From positions 1-64,000 of IMG/VR virus record IMGVR_UViG_2841277917_000004: a stretch of DNA of 64,000 nt, one strand, 5' to 3'. The notes beneath the pieces are model-generated. The model did not search any database and had not been told where the DNA came from. It was given only the letters and a program-made list of their open reading frames with translations. How positions within the stretch are numbered: the stretch's first letter is position 1; each line of letters begins with the position of its first letter. The position numbers were made by a program, and so were the translations under genes. This document shows positions 52,919-63,913 of the stretch, piece after piece. This DNA comes from a virus (lineage: Duplodnaviria; Caudoviricetes).

Positions 52919-53759
52919 ATGAAACAAATCGAACAAAGCTAGGAGATCGTAATAGACCTGATTTCGTGTAGCACTGGAATTTAACTTCACATTTTATAAC
53001 TGGGTGAACATGTTTCCATTTGTCAGTGTCTTTTGAAACGATTTGATCTGATATTTGATACATTTTCTTTCTCGCATCAGGCGGAACAAATTCCATGACT
53101 CCTAAATAATTACCATCTTTAGACAAAGACCACCCAAACTCATTTTTCCTAATTCCATTGATATTAACTGTTTCATATAGATAGGCTTTTGTCTTTGTCC
53201 AATGGTGACTTCGTGTATCTAATAGGTAGGGACTGTTCAAATCTTTTGATACAATACCTTCAAGTCCAAGTTGCTTTGTTCTATTAAATAGTCCAATTCC
53301 ATCATCTGACGAAGGACATATAGAAATTTCATTTGAAGGAGTAATTATGGATTGTAAAATATCTAGTCGCTCATGTAAGGGTAGCCTAGTTAAATCTTTA
53401 TCATTCAAAAAAAGAATGTCAAAAGCTACAAAGTGACTAGGTAAGGTCTGGGATAGTCGTTTAACTTGTTGCTCATTTTTTGTCATAAAGCGTTTCATGA
53501 CGGATTCAAAACAAGGTTTTATTCCGTCCATCACAACCATTTCTCCATCAATAATAGCATTCTTTACAGGTAAGGATGGTCTAATTTCATGGAATTGTGT
53601 AGTGCATTCGTTCTGATGTCGGGTAAATAGTCTGGTGTTTCCACTGTCGTATGACATTATACAGCGTATACCATCAAATTTAAGCTGGTGAATTAAATTT
53701 CCTTGAGGCGGTACGTCAGACTTATACAATAACATTGGCTTTATGGGCTTGTTTAACAT
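52917..53759 (-). CDS. ATP-dependent DNA ligase (SPbeta LigB-like)
   Basis: KFDGIR, DGE, FDIL, EGIVSK, LRSPSF motifs. Confidence 0.9.
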   Translation of the reverse strand: MLNKPIKPMLLYKSDVPPQGNLIHQLKFDGIRCIMSYDSGNTRLFTRHQNECTTQFHEIRPSLPVKNAIIDGEMVVMDGIKPCFESVMKRFMTKNEQQVKRLSQTLPSHFVAFDILFLNDKDLTRLPLHERLDILQSIITPSNEISICPSSDDGIGLFNRTKQLGLEGIVSKDLNSPYLLDTRSHHWTKTKAYLYETVNINGIRKNEFGWSLSKDGNYLGVMEFVPPDARKKMYQISDQIVSKDTDKWKHVHPVIKCEVKFQCYTKSGLLRSPSFVRFVS

Positions 53760-55128
53760 AGCAACATTCCTCCAAGGCTAGAGTAACATTAAAAGGAATG
53801 ATTATTTATATAAAAATAATGGAATTGAAAATAAACAGTTAGGAGGATAGTTATGAAGATTTATCTTGTTTATAGTATTGAATCTTTTGATGGCTATACA
53901 CAATTGATTAGTGCTCATAAAAATGAACAAAATGCCAAGAAACAAGTTGAATCCTTAACAAGTGCCGAATTAGAAAGAGTAGAAAATTATAACTCTTGGG
54001 TTGATATGGAGGATGGATCAATACCTGACCTTCCCCATGATTGTATTTATACATATGTAGCTCTAGACCTTGTAGATTAAAAAAAATAAATGTGCTGAGG
54101 TGTTTAATTGCAGAATTATGACCCAATCTATCCACAGAAGAGTTTCGTTTGTGGAAGTAAATTGATTTTCAATAAGAGGAGTGAGAAAGGAATATCGCTG
54201 ATAACTGGTACGGTGCTTAGTAATAGCAAATGGACGCAAGATGGCAAACCATATATTGAAGTAGGATTTAACCAAAAGATTTGTAAATACATTACAAATT
54301 GGGATAGATGAAAGATTGATTTTATCACATACAAAATAAATATTTGAAAAGTCGAACATTCCAAAGTAACAGTGCTATACTTAAGTTACGTTATAATACA
54401 GGAATGGGCTGATTAGTTGTTTAGAATTGTAAATGCTTTTGCTTATGATAAGAACGGTGATCCGATTGACAATATCAAACGTGTTATTGTTAAACCAAAC
54501 AACAATGATTCAGGAGCTAAAGTAAAAGTAGTTATTAAAGCCAACTCTGAAATTCGAAATATTATTAATAATAGTTTAAGTGAAAACAAAACACCTATTT
54601 TAAACCGGATTATCGGCAATTTAGAAGGATTAAATAAAAGAGTTGAGTTAAGAAATGTGCATCTTATAATCGACCGTCAACTTCCCTCTGAGTCAGGCTT
54701 GTCTGATGAATTAATGATGCTTAGGGGTGTGGTAGATAAACATTCATTCGTAGATTAATCTATGAATGAATAATAAAGTAAAAATATAAAATAAAAAAAT
54801 CGCAACGAAAGGAGAAAAAATGAATTCAATTGTAAGTATCGAAGAAGCCATAGAACTTTTAAATACACTAGAAGTAATGTACTCAGAGAATGGAGAAAGA
54901 CCAGATGTTTTGATTAAAGATGATGAACAATTTCGAGAGGTTTGTAATGCATTAAGCATATCAGAAACAGTTATAAATAGATTTATGACAAAAAACAACA
55001 TGATAGAGATATTGGCTCTTGCAGCAAATACTTATGGGCTTGGATATTACGATTTTGAAAAGGGCTTTTTGATTGATAAAAGCTGTACAGAATGAAATTG
55101 TAGTTTTAATAGAAGAGGAGGCAAATAT

Positions 55129-55248
55129 ATGAAGATCATAACCAGTAAAAACACTCGCTTTATAGTTGGGATGACGGGTAAAGCTAAAGAGATTAATGAA
55201 TACATTAAACTAATTAAAAATAAAAAAGGGGAATTAAATTATAGATGA
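55129..55248 (+). CDS. 39-aa MciZ-like peptide MKIITSKNTRFIVGMTGKAKEINEYIKLIKNKKGELNYR
   Basis: RBS gaggagg; ATGA overlap with the next gene; GKAKEI resembles GKAWEI of MciZ. Confidence 0.5.
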   Translation: MKIITSKNTRFIVGMTGKAKEINEYIKLIKNKKGELNYR

Positions 55249-55559
55249 TGATTGTTAGACCATATGTGCTTACATGGGAAAATATTAAGGAAGAGAGTTT
55301 AGAAGCAGTCATTACAATTCCAAGGTACTCTCAAATTTTATCGTTTGAAACAAGCGAACAAGAGTTAATTGTAAATGTGCTTATTGAAAGTGATCAAACG
55401 GAATTGCACACAGTTCCTATAAAGTTAGTTCAGAATGGAATAGATGTGAGTGATTTATACGATTCAAAACTTATATTTAATCAGACAGTTCGATTTAACA
55501 ATAAGTCATACCATATTTTTTGCAACGAATATATCTAAGACACAATAAAAGGGGGCGCT

Positions 55560-56162
55560 ATGCTAACACAGCTTTTAACTATGTCGTTGCTTTTGCAATT
55601 ATATGGAGGAGTAATTGATAAGGCATTAATTGCAAATAGCGAGAAACAAGCTAAGAGCCAAGAGGTATATGCAGCGACTGAAAAAGAACATACATATAAA
55701 CGATACGACATTCCATTATCAAACGACTTACAGAAATACATATATAATCAAGCGGAAAATTATGATCTAAGTTACGAGTTAATGCTTGCCATTGCACATA
55801 CAGAATCAACTTTTAGACCAGATATTGTTTCCTTTGATGGCACTAGTGTGGGACTATTTCAAATCAACACAAGAAATACAATTAACTGGCTAGGAGAAAG
55901 CGTTGGACTTGATAAGCCAAATGCAAAAAATCCGTATCATTCAGCTAAGATGGCAAGCTGGTACGTGAATTACTTAAAGGAAAAGTATCTTAGCGAAGGA
56001 TATAAAAAAGATACCGTTATCAAAAGAGTGTTAATTGGTTACAGGTATGGAGTAGGGAAGAGTGCAAAATATGTAAGACAAAATGGACTGCACCATAAAT
56101 ACATAGACAAAGTATTAGCATATAAAAACAAACTTGAAAGTGGGGAACTAGATGCAAAATAA
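55560..56162 (+). CDS. Lytic transglycosylase (SLT domain)
   Basis: AIAHTESTF...GLFQIN...Y..G motifs; N-terminal hydrophobic segment. Confidence 0.8.
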   Translation: MLTQLLTMSLLLQLYGGVIDKALIANSEKQAKSQEVYAATEKEHTYKRYDIPLSNDLQKYIYNQAENYDLSYELMLAIAHTESTFRPDIVSFDGTSVGLFQINTRNTINWLGESVGLDKPNAKNPYHSAKMASWYVNYLKEKYLSEGYKKDTVIKRVLIGYRYGVGKSAKYVRQNGLHHKYIDKVLAYKNKLESGELDAK

Positions 56163-56460
56163 AAAATTTGAGGAAATCGGAAAAACAATTGGGGCATTTA
56201 CAGACTTAAAACAAGAAGCATATGGGAATAGCGTAGAAAAATCATTTGAACTGATGAAGATTTTCCTTAAAGAATATAAAAATAATGATGATACATATAC
56301 AATTCCAGAAGTTCTTTTAAAACACTTATTGCTACAGGTTCGGATGATCGACAAACAGAATCGGATTTTTTCAAATCCAAAAGGAGATTTAATGGGAGAG
56401 TCACCTTATAAAGACTTAGTTGGCTATAGTCTGATTGGGGTAGAAATGGATAACTTTTAA
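56152..56460 (+). CDS. Conserved phage protein (K...YG.S / DL.GY all-helical family)
   Basis: KQEAYGNS...DKQNR...PYKDLVGY. Confidence 0.5.
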   Translation: MQNKKFEEIGKTIGAFTDLKQEAYGNSVEKSFELMKIFLKEYKNNDDTYTIPEVLLKHLLLQVRMIDKQNRIFSNPKGDLMGESPYKDLVGYSLIGVEMDNF

Positions 56461-56466
56461 AGCAAT

Positions 56467-56751
56467 TTAGAAGGTGTGAAAATTCTCTTTGGTGTATCTT
56501 TTCCAAGGGATTTGCGAGGGGTGTGTAGCACGCAAGAGATTTACAATATCTCTTCTTCCTTTGTAATGCAGCATTCCCATGAAATCTTGAGTGGCTAATA
56601 TTACATCGTTGGAATTAAAGTAGCGAGCGTAATATCTCATTGCTTTATCTGAGGCAAACTTACTGTTAAATTCACTCTTGGGTAACAGCACGATTGGAAA
56701 AGATACGCCAGAATGTGTAATCACAGTAGCTTTAAACGTCATATTCTTCAC
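56467..56751 (-). CDS. Hypothetical protein (reverse-strand moron)
   Basis: ORF with RBS gaggtg. Confidence 0.5.
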   Translation of the reverse strand: MKNMTFKATVITHSGVSFPIVLLPKSEFNSKFASDKAMRYYARYFNSNDVILATQDFMGMLHYKGRRDIVNLLRATHPSQIPWKRYTKENFHTF

Positions 56752-57399
56752 CTCATGAGCAACAAAATTTTAATGGCACACATCCTTTACTTTATTATCT
56801 AATGAAAAAATTATTCAAGATAAAAACAAAAATAATTCTTTCGCCTATAAGTTGGGAGCTGATTATGATTTTTAAGTCTGAAAAAACAATGTTAATTTCA
56901 ATTGTAGTAACACTCATCTTAATAGGAGCAATACTTCTCACTATTATTGTTCACAGAGGAAATAATCTTAAAGAGTCTTGTATTAAAAAGGATGGGGAGT
57001 ATCATTATTTTCGATCTGGAAGTTTATGTATTAAACAAAATTCCATAATAGAAATAGAATAAAGATTATATTGTCCTAACTGGTTTGTGCAGGAGCATAT
57101 AGTGAAAGAAAATAAGACACGGAGGGAACTAAAATGTGCTGGTATTATAAATGCAATCTATCCGATGTGGAATTTCGCAATTTAGAGCCACGTCTTATCG
57201 AAAAAATATTAGCAGATAGACTACTGAATGACTTTTTAAATTCTATAGACTACATACCTATATTAAATAAATTAAATAATAGCATAAGGGGATAGTGTAT
57301 GAGAATTTTATCAATATGTTTAAAAGAAAGTCTAAGCCTGAAATTAGCTTAGAACAAATGTATCAATTGGTGCGTAGCCATAGTGAGATTATAATGGAG

Positions 57400-57575
57400 T
57401 GGGATTAGTACAGTTTCATGGACACATCTTAGTTAAGTTCTTACAATGAACGTAGAGGAGATGGTACGGATGAAACAAAAAAGTACGAACAAGAAATGCA
57501 ACGATGATTTTAAGAGACCGATTGTAGAACTTTATCATTCCGGTCAAAAGGTAAAGAGCTTATCTAGTGAGTATG
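57400..57575 (+). mobile_element. IS3-family left-end remnant (start of orfA)
   Basis: KKCNDDFKRPIVELYHSGQKVKSLSSEY resembles IS3 OrfA HTH; upstream TGGACAC resembles an IS3 inner IR end. Confidence 0.5.
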
Positions 57576-59388
57576 TCATTTATCTTTCAAGTGAAGAAAA
57601 GCCAAAAGATATGAATAATTCATATGGATATTGGGAAGGAAAAACATATACTTTTGGAGGGATACTTATACCAGTAACAGGGAATCGCATTAATGGTAAT
57701 ACGAAAAGATATAAGTCAAAACAAAGAGCAAAAAATATGGCTGAAAAACTTGGTGATAGATGCGGTTATGTTTTGTCTTGGGTGGTTGATGAAATTTAAT
57801 AGATTTTGAAAACGAATATGGGTCTATTTTAACTCAATTAGAGAATTAGAATTCAAACACACTTAAATTTGTTTTGATTATTAATTTAAGGAGGTTTATA
57901 TGAAGCGATTTAAGGTTACTGTGGAAAGAGAAGATGTATACATAATTGAATTGAATGAGCTGCTATTTAGTGAATAAAAAATTAAGCAGTTGACGACTGC
58001 AAACTACTAGGAAGGATAATGAGCAATTGTTTCTACTAATAGGGAGCTATCTAATTACTGTGCTCTTAGCATATTACTCTATAAGATATCTTCGAATACA
58101 TAAATTTATTTTCGAATCAAAAATTGAAAACCTTGCCGATCTGATAATGTACCTTATTTTTATATTTTGTCCGTTTGTAAATCTATATACAATAGCAGAT
58201 GCATTATTTACGTTAATTTACAACCTACTTTCAAATATTAAACCAAATAAAAAATAACTTTCATTGGAGATGAGATTAACTTTGATAATCTTTGCTGTAC
58301 TGTTAAAACTATACTTGACATCTTTATACCAGATGAAGTTATGCAATTAGAGTATTTGAAGTAATTAACTGATAAGGAGGAGCAAAGAATGAAAAAAGGT
58401 TGGGAATTGATTAATGAATTATTTGGTGAAGATTTTGATTTCATGGGTGAAATTATAGATATGGATGGAGTAGTAGAGATTTCTGATGTTATATCATATA
58501 ACGATGATTGGTGGAATTATCATTTAGTAACTATCGAATATGAAGGAAAATATTATACATATGAATATCGTAAACATGTCGCACCCATTTGTGGAGATAT
58601 TGAATATTATGGCGAGACTTTTCAAGAAGTAGAAAATAAAGAAGACATTGAGGAGAAGTGGAGAATTCTAAGAAATAATATAATTAGTGAACTAGAAGGG
58701 TTAAGGACTGCTGGGCTTTATGGTGACTCTTATGAAGCTGAAAAGGCGTTTGTGTGGGTTTTGAGCAAAATGGATGAATTGCATAAAGTCAATGATAGTG
58801 ACAATATCTTATCGTGAGAGGAGTAGAGAAAATCTATGCTGAGCTTAGAAGATTTAATTGAGCTAGAGAAAATAGTTGAAGACAGAATTAAGATATGCAG
58901 AGAGACGAATGAAAGATTTAATAGTTCCATAGTGGGTAAACAGCTAGAGGAGAGCAGAAAAAAGGAAATATTAAAATATGAAAGATTAAAAGTGAAAATC
59001 CATGATCTAATGAGTGATTCTAATGAGGGGAAAAGGTTTGATGGATACGAGACTTGCAGATGAAGTGAGGAGAAGTCAATGGACGATAACGAGTTAGAAT
59101 ACAAAAAGCATAAGCTTGAAGTGATTTTTTGGTTACTATTTTGGTCATTAATTATCGGTGGATGTACAGCTTCGACTATTTGGGGACATTAAATAATGAG
59201 ATATAAAATGAAGAAGGTCTTAGGTATCGTAATGTTTATTGGCGGAGTAACATTAGGTATTTATGTGGGTGGATGGCTATGCTTCATAGGTGGTATTGCA
59301 GGGTTAGTTGATAATGTATCCGATGCAATAAATGGAAAAATAAAGTCCCCTGAAATAACCTCAGGGGAGGAGAACAGAGCAATGTATT

Positions 59389-59667
59389 TTAGTATTGATA
59401 ATACATCCAACCAGAATATGTCCAATCACAACCTTCAGGAAGGCAGTTAGTCCCAACGCCTCTCTTTAATGTACCTATATAACCACGTCCGTCATCATAA
59501 GAAATTTCTTCAGGCGCTTCAAAAGCAGTATATTTTTTTGTGATACTTGCCCAATACTTATCAGAAGCTGTGCTGTTGCTAAGCTGTGTTTCATTAGCAA
59601 ATGCTACGGAAACGGAAAATGCCGAAACAATAACTAAAGCGAAAGCAATTATAGATTTTTTAAACAT
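59389..59667 (-). CDS. Small secreted protein
   Basis: Sec signal ending AFA; mature region with YDDGRGYIGTL and a Cys pair; terminator hairpin at 59346-59368. Confidence 0.7.
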   Translation of the reverse strand: MFKKSIIAFALVIVSAFSVSVAFANETQLSNSTASDKYWASITKKYTAFEAPEEISYDDGRGYIGTLKRGVGTNCLPEGCDWTYSGWMYYQY

Positions 59668-59869
59668 AAAAACACCTCCAAAAATGTATTATTTGGTAAT
59701 AATTAGATGATAGAATATTGTGTATTTAGTGTCAATTAATGTAAATGTAAGAGCAAGAATATATTATAGTGAAATAAGTGATAGTAGGTTCAACATGGTG
59801 CGATTAGAAATGCGATTGATAAACCTGTAAGAATTAGAGTTATAAAATAAGTAGCTAAGGAGATTCATA

Positions 59870-60010
59870 GTGTACAAATGCCCAGAATGCAAGGAAAAGC
59901 TTGTATGGCTCACAGATCAAGACAACGGAGGCATTATAAGTAATGAGTACTATTGTAATACATGTGATATCGAAGTTATTAAGTATAGAGAGGTAACAAT
60001 TAAAGATTAA
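59870..60010 (+). CDS. 46-aa Zn-ribbon micro-protein
   Basis: MYKCPEC...CNTC; RBS aaggag. Confidence 0.55.
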   Translation: MYKCPECKEKLVWLTDQDNGGIISNEYYCNTCDIEVIKYREVTIKD

Positions 60011-60079
60011 GGAACAGAGCAGTCATATAAAATAAAAACTCTGCATCACTTAATCGATGCAGAGTAAAAATTATGACAG

Positions 60080-60571
60080 TTAACGAGTTAAAGTAACTGA
60101 ATAAGCGCCGCCCTTCCCCTCTCCAATCCATTCATTATTGGAGAAAACCCATCTTTTATCATTATATTCAACTGTAAAAGACGTTGGATACCATCCTGGC
60201 TTATTCCCTGTGCCGTCTGAATATGCCGTAATAGCTAAAATCTCACCAAGGTCTTTGTTTACAGTTATATAATATTTGTCTTTAGCGCCACGTTCAAAAT
60301 CGTTATAATTCGGTATATCAAAAAGTGTTGGTTTTGACATTCCATTTTTGCCTTTTAGTGTAACATAAATGTTCGAATCTGTTCCTGCATCCTTTACATC
60401 ACCTGTTTGTACAGTGACAGCGTAAATATAGGAGGCAGCCACATTGATTTGAGGATTTACACTAGCTTTGTGGTTGCTGTTGGAATTCTGAGCAATATCA
60501 CTAGCATAAACACTTTGACCAGCAAATAAAAGAGCTACTGTCATCATTGTAGATAGAGCGAAACGTTTCAT
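60080..60571 (-). CDS. Secreted PLAT/LH2-domain protein
   Basis: Signal peptide; Y.VTVQTGD..DAGTDSNIYVTL.G..G...FERG..D......DLGEI......D..G..PGWY. Confidence 0.85.
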   Translation of the reverse strand: MKRFALSTMMTVALLFAGQSVYASDIAQNSNSNHKASVNPQINVAASYIYAVTVQTGDVKDAGTDSNIYVTLKGKNGMSKPTLFDIPNYNDFERGAKDKYYITVNKDLGEILAITAYSDGTGNKPGWYPTSFTVEYNDKRWVFSNNEWIGEGKGGAYSVTLTR

Positions 60572-60745
60572 AAAAACCCTCTCCTTTATTAATGGTATTT
60601 TATGGATCAATTAAATTATACTTCCATTTTATGAGTTTTGTAGTTATCAGATGTGTGTATTTTGTGATAAATCAGTAATTTTAAAATTTGTATAATAAAA
60701 TCAAGAATTTATTATGTATCAATTAGAAAGTGGGAGAGTGAATAT

Positions 60746-61396
60746 TTGGAGAAAGAACAATTAGGAAGCTTAGAAATTAACCGTATTTATCATATGGATT
60801 GTTTAGAAGGAATGAAACTAATACCAGATAAAAGTATAGATATGATACTGTGTGACTTGCCATATGGTCAAACCGCAAGAAACAAATGGGATACTGTTAT
60901 TCCTTTTAAGCCTTTATGGGAACAGTATGAAAGAATTATTAAAAGTAATGGAGCTATTGTGTTATTCGCCAATGGAATGTTTACCGCAGATTTGATGGCA
61001 AGTAATAAAAAAATGTGGAGATATAACCTAGTGTGGGACAAGGTGTTACCAAGTGGATTTTTAAACGCAAAAAAGATGCCATTGAGAAGTCACGAAGATT
61101 TATGTGTTTTTTACAAGAAACTTCCTTTGTACAATCCCCAAATGGTTGAAGGAGACGAATGTCACAGTAGAGGTAAAGCAGTAGGGAAATCTCAAGAAGA
61201 TTTTTCAAGAAACACAAATTATGGACAATTCCAAGCAGTAAATACTAAAGGTAATCTAAAATATCCTAAGTCAATCTTAACATTTAAGAAACCACATCCA
61301 TCAACTACACAGCATCCAACACAAAAATCAGTAGAATGTATATTAGAAAGTAAAATAAAAAAGGAGAGAGTTGATGACACTACAAGAATTTATTAA
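60746..61396 (+). pseudogene. N4/N6 DNA methyltransferase, C-terminally truncated
   Basis: DCLEGM, DLPY and HPTQK present; the SAM-binding G.G motif that should follow is missing. Confidence 0.75.
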
Positions 61397-61879
61397 TATG
61401 AAGAAAAATGAATTAATCAGTACTGGACTATATAAAGGGGTACAGTTTTCTTCTGCTATAGATGTTGGGCTAAGTAAAAATAGTACAAGAGAAGAGTTTA
61501 TTTCTACCGATAGCGATTTAAACAAAAATGTAACTGAAGTTTTATCGTTTAGTACACTCCATAAAGCCAGATGCAACTGTAAATTATCAACACCAATACT
61601 CGATATCAGTAATGTGCAACGTCCTACGACTTTCCAGAGCACGTATTACTACCAAGCAAAAGAAAGAGTATCTGAGGATATACTACAAAGTAAAGGAAAA
61701 TTGAGCCTACATCGCAACTTTTCGCTAGTAGAAGTATACAATAGGCTCGTTTTGGGTTAATTTTACATATTATTTTTCGGGCTATTTAGAATTATTTTGC
61801 TCATATGTTCATTTGTAGTTGACTAATAATAGTCATATAGTTATGATAATTATGAATACATAGAAAGGGGAGGTTAACT

Positions 61880-62062
61880 ATGAAAAAAATGATAGCAATT
61901 TCTTTTTTGTCTTTGGCGGTAGTTGGATTATCCTTTTTCCCAACTAACGTTCAGGCATATCTTGGGGGTATAAAAGATCCGACTAATGGTGGTAGTCCTA
62001 GTCCTGGTGGTGGTGGCTGTGCTAATCTTAGTGGCTGTCAATGCCACTCACTTGATTGCTGA
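61880..62062 (+). CDS. Secreted Gly/Cys-rich peptide
   Basis: Signal peptide ending VQA; mature YLGGIKDPTNGGSPSPGGGGCANLSGCQCHSLDC; RBS ggggagg. Confidence 0.7.
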   Translation: MKKMIAISFLSLAVVGLSFFPTNVQAYLGGIKDPTNGGSPSPGGGGCANLSGCQCHSLDC

Positions 62063-62406
62063 AAATAGATACTACCTGTGAAAACTATGAAGACCTGAGT
62101 TATTCTATATAAGATGAACGAAAGAATGCAGCGGAATAAGACATCCCATATCCTACATGAAATAATCAATATTACTTTACAAAAAACATGCGAAGTATAC
62201 AGGTTTGTGTCACTTTCGTATACAAGTTTGTGTCACTCGACAATAGAGGCTTCCAACAATGGCTCTATTGTCAGTTTTGTCATCTTAAAGAAGAGAAAAC
62301 GAAAATATGGAGCAATGAACTTTTATGTGCTGTACCAGTAGAACGTTGATGATAACAAAAAAATACCTCCCTCAGACGAATTGTTATTGAGGGAGGCTTA
62401 TTTCTC

Positions 62407-62754
62407 TTAATCCATTGTCCTTTTGTCAAACTTATCTGTTCTAACATCAAGCAATCTACCATTTATTCTTATATGAGTGTCATCCGTCCATTCAACATCA
62501 GTATTTGATTCTTTCCAACTCCAATAAATAAGCTTGTCACCAAAAAAACCGACATTTACATCTACTCTCAGCCCACCTTCATCCCCAAAACGATAAACTT
62601 TTGCAGTGTATGTATTATTAGGAGAGTTCACTTTTTGAACTAAATTGCCCTGTTGTAGAAACAGTGTGGAATAGAATGCTAAATATACGACTAGAGATAG
62701 AAACACTATTAAAGAGATTAATATTATCAGCAGTCTTTTGAATAGTGTCTTCAT
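62407..62754 (-). CDS. Membrane-anchored DUF5412-like protein
   Basis: One TM, then SPNNTYTA.VY...IYW......VEW.D...I.ING..LDV. Confidence 0.6.
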   Translation of the reverse strand: MKTLFKRLLIILISLIVFLSLVVYLAFYSTLFLQQGNLVQKVNSPNNTYTAKVYRFGDEGGLRVDVNVGFFGDKLIYWSWKESNTDVEWTDDTHIRINGRLLDVRTDKFDKRTMD

Positions 62755-62927
62755 AGCGTTTCACTCCATTTTTAGATTAGAGTCTAATCTTATTCAAAAA
62801 TCATTTAAATACCAGTTAATTCCTCTGCGGATAACTTTTCTAATTTTATTATTATCTGAATATTGTTTCAATCATAAATATGTAATTATACCCAAAAATA
62901 TATTAATAAAAAATTTAAGATAGGGTA

Positions 62928-62955
62928 TTGAAAATAAAATTATGTATTGTATAAT
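62928..62955 (+). promoter_or_regulatory. SigA-type promoter with operator-like motif in the spacer
   Basis: TTGAAA-ATAAAATTATGTAT-tg-TATAAT. Confidence 0.6.
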
Positions 62956-63913
62956 ACTAAATAAGGAGGTGAACAACATTCAAAACATTACATTAAAAAC
63001 AATGAGTGGAAATGAAATAGTTTTAGAGACATCTTTAAGCTTAATGGGAGGAGATATACTTATACAGAAAATACCTGAGAATTACCCATTAGATGAAGCA
63101 AAAAAGGTACATAAATTCCTTAAAGACTCCCTTGAAAATAATGCTCAGGTGATTACAATTGGACAGGGTATTGAGTTACAAAAATTAACTATTAATAGTA
63201 TATAAAATAAAAAAATAAAGGTGATATTAATGTATATTAACTGGTCGAATGTATTGAATAAAGAATCAAAATTTGCTGAAGTAAAACGCCACCGTAATCA
63301 TTATTATGGAATTGGCTCCAAGGGGAAAGTGATTGATTGCTTTGGTAAAACTCGCTCCGAGGCAAAAGCATTTATTGAAACTGAATTGACTTTGTTTAAT
63401 CAAGAACTTAGTTTTTTAGGGGTTTACCATTCATAATGACGAAAAACGTACCATCTATAGAAGATGCTAGAGATTACATAATTCAATTAAAAGATCATTA
63501 CAAAATAGATATTGATAGAGTGTATGAGTTATCAAAAGGCGATTTTACGCAGGGCTATGAAGGACACGAGCAAAAGAAAGCATTAAAAAACCTTAAGAAA
63601 GCTTACTTAGAGTTGACTCAAAAAATCAAGAACTGAGGTGTAAAATGGAGAGATATGTTCCGATTCTTCAGTATGTAAATGCAACTCAAGTGAATACGGA
63701 CTTTACGCTTTGCAATCAAAGCAGATGTTTTATAGGGAAAACTGGAGATTATATCATTACAGAAAATGGTCAGCAATATGCTTTCCCAAAGCATGTATTT
63801 GAAAAAATTTTCAAAAAATCAACAATAGCTGACAGTATGCTACAGGTTGATTACGAGCAAGCTTATAAAGAAATGTACAATGATAAACCGTTAGAGAAGG
63901 TTTAAATTTAAAA

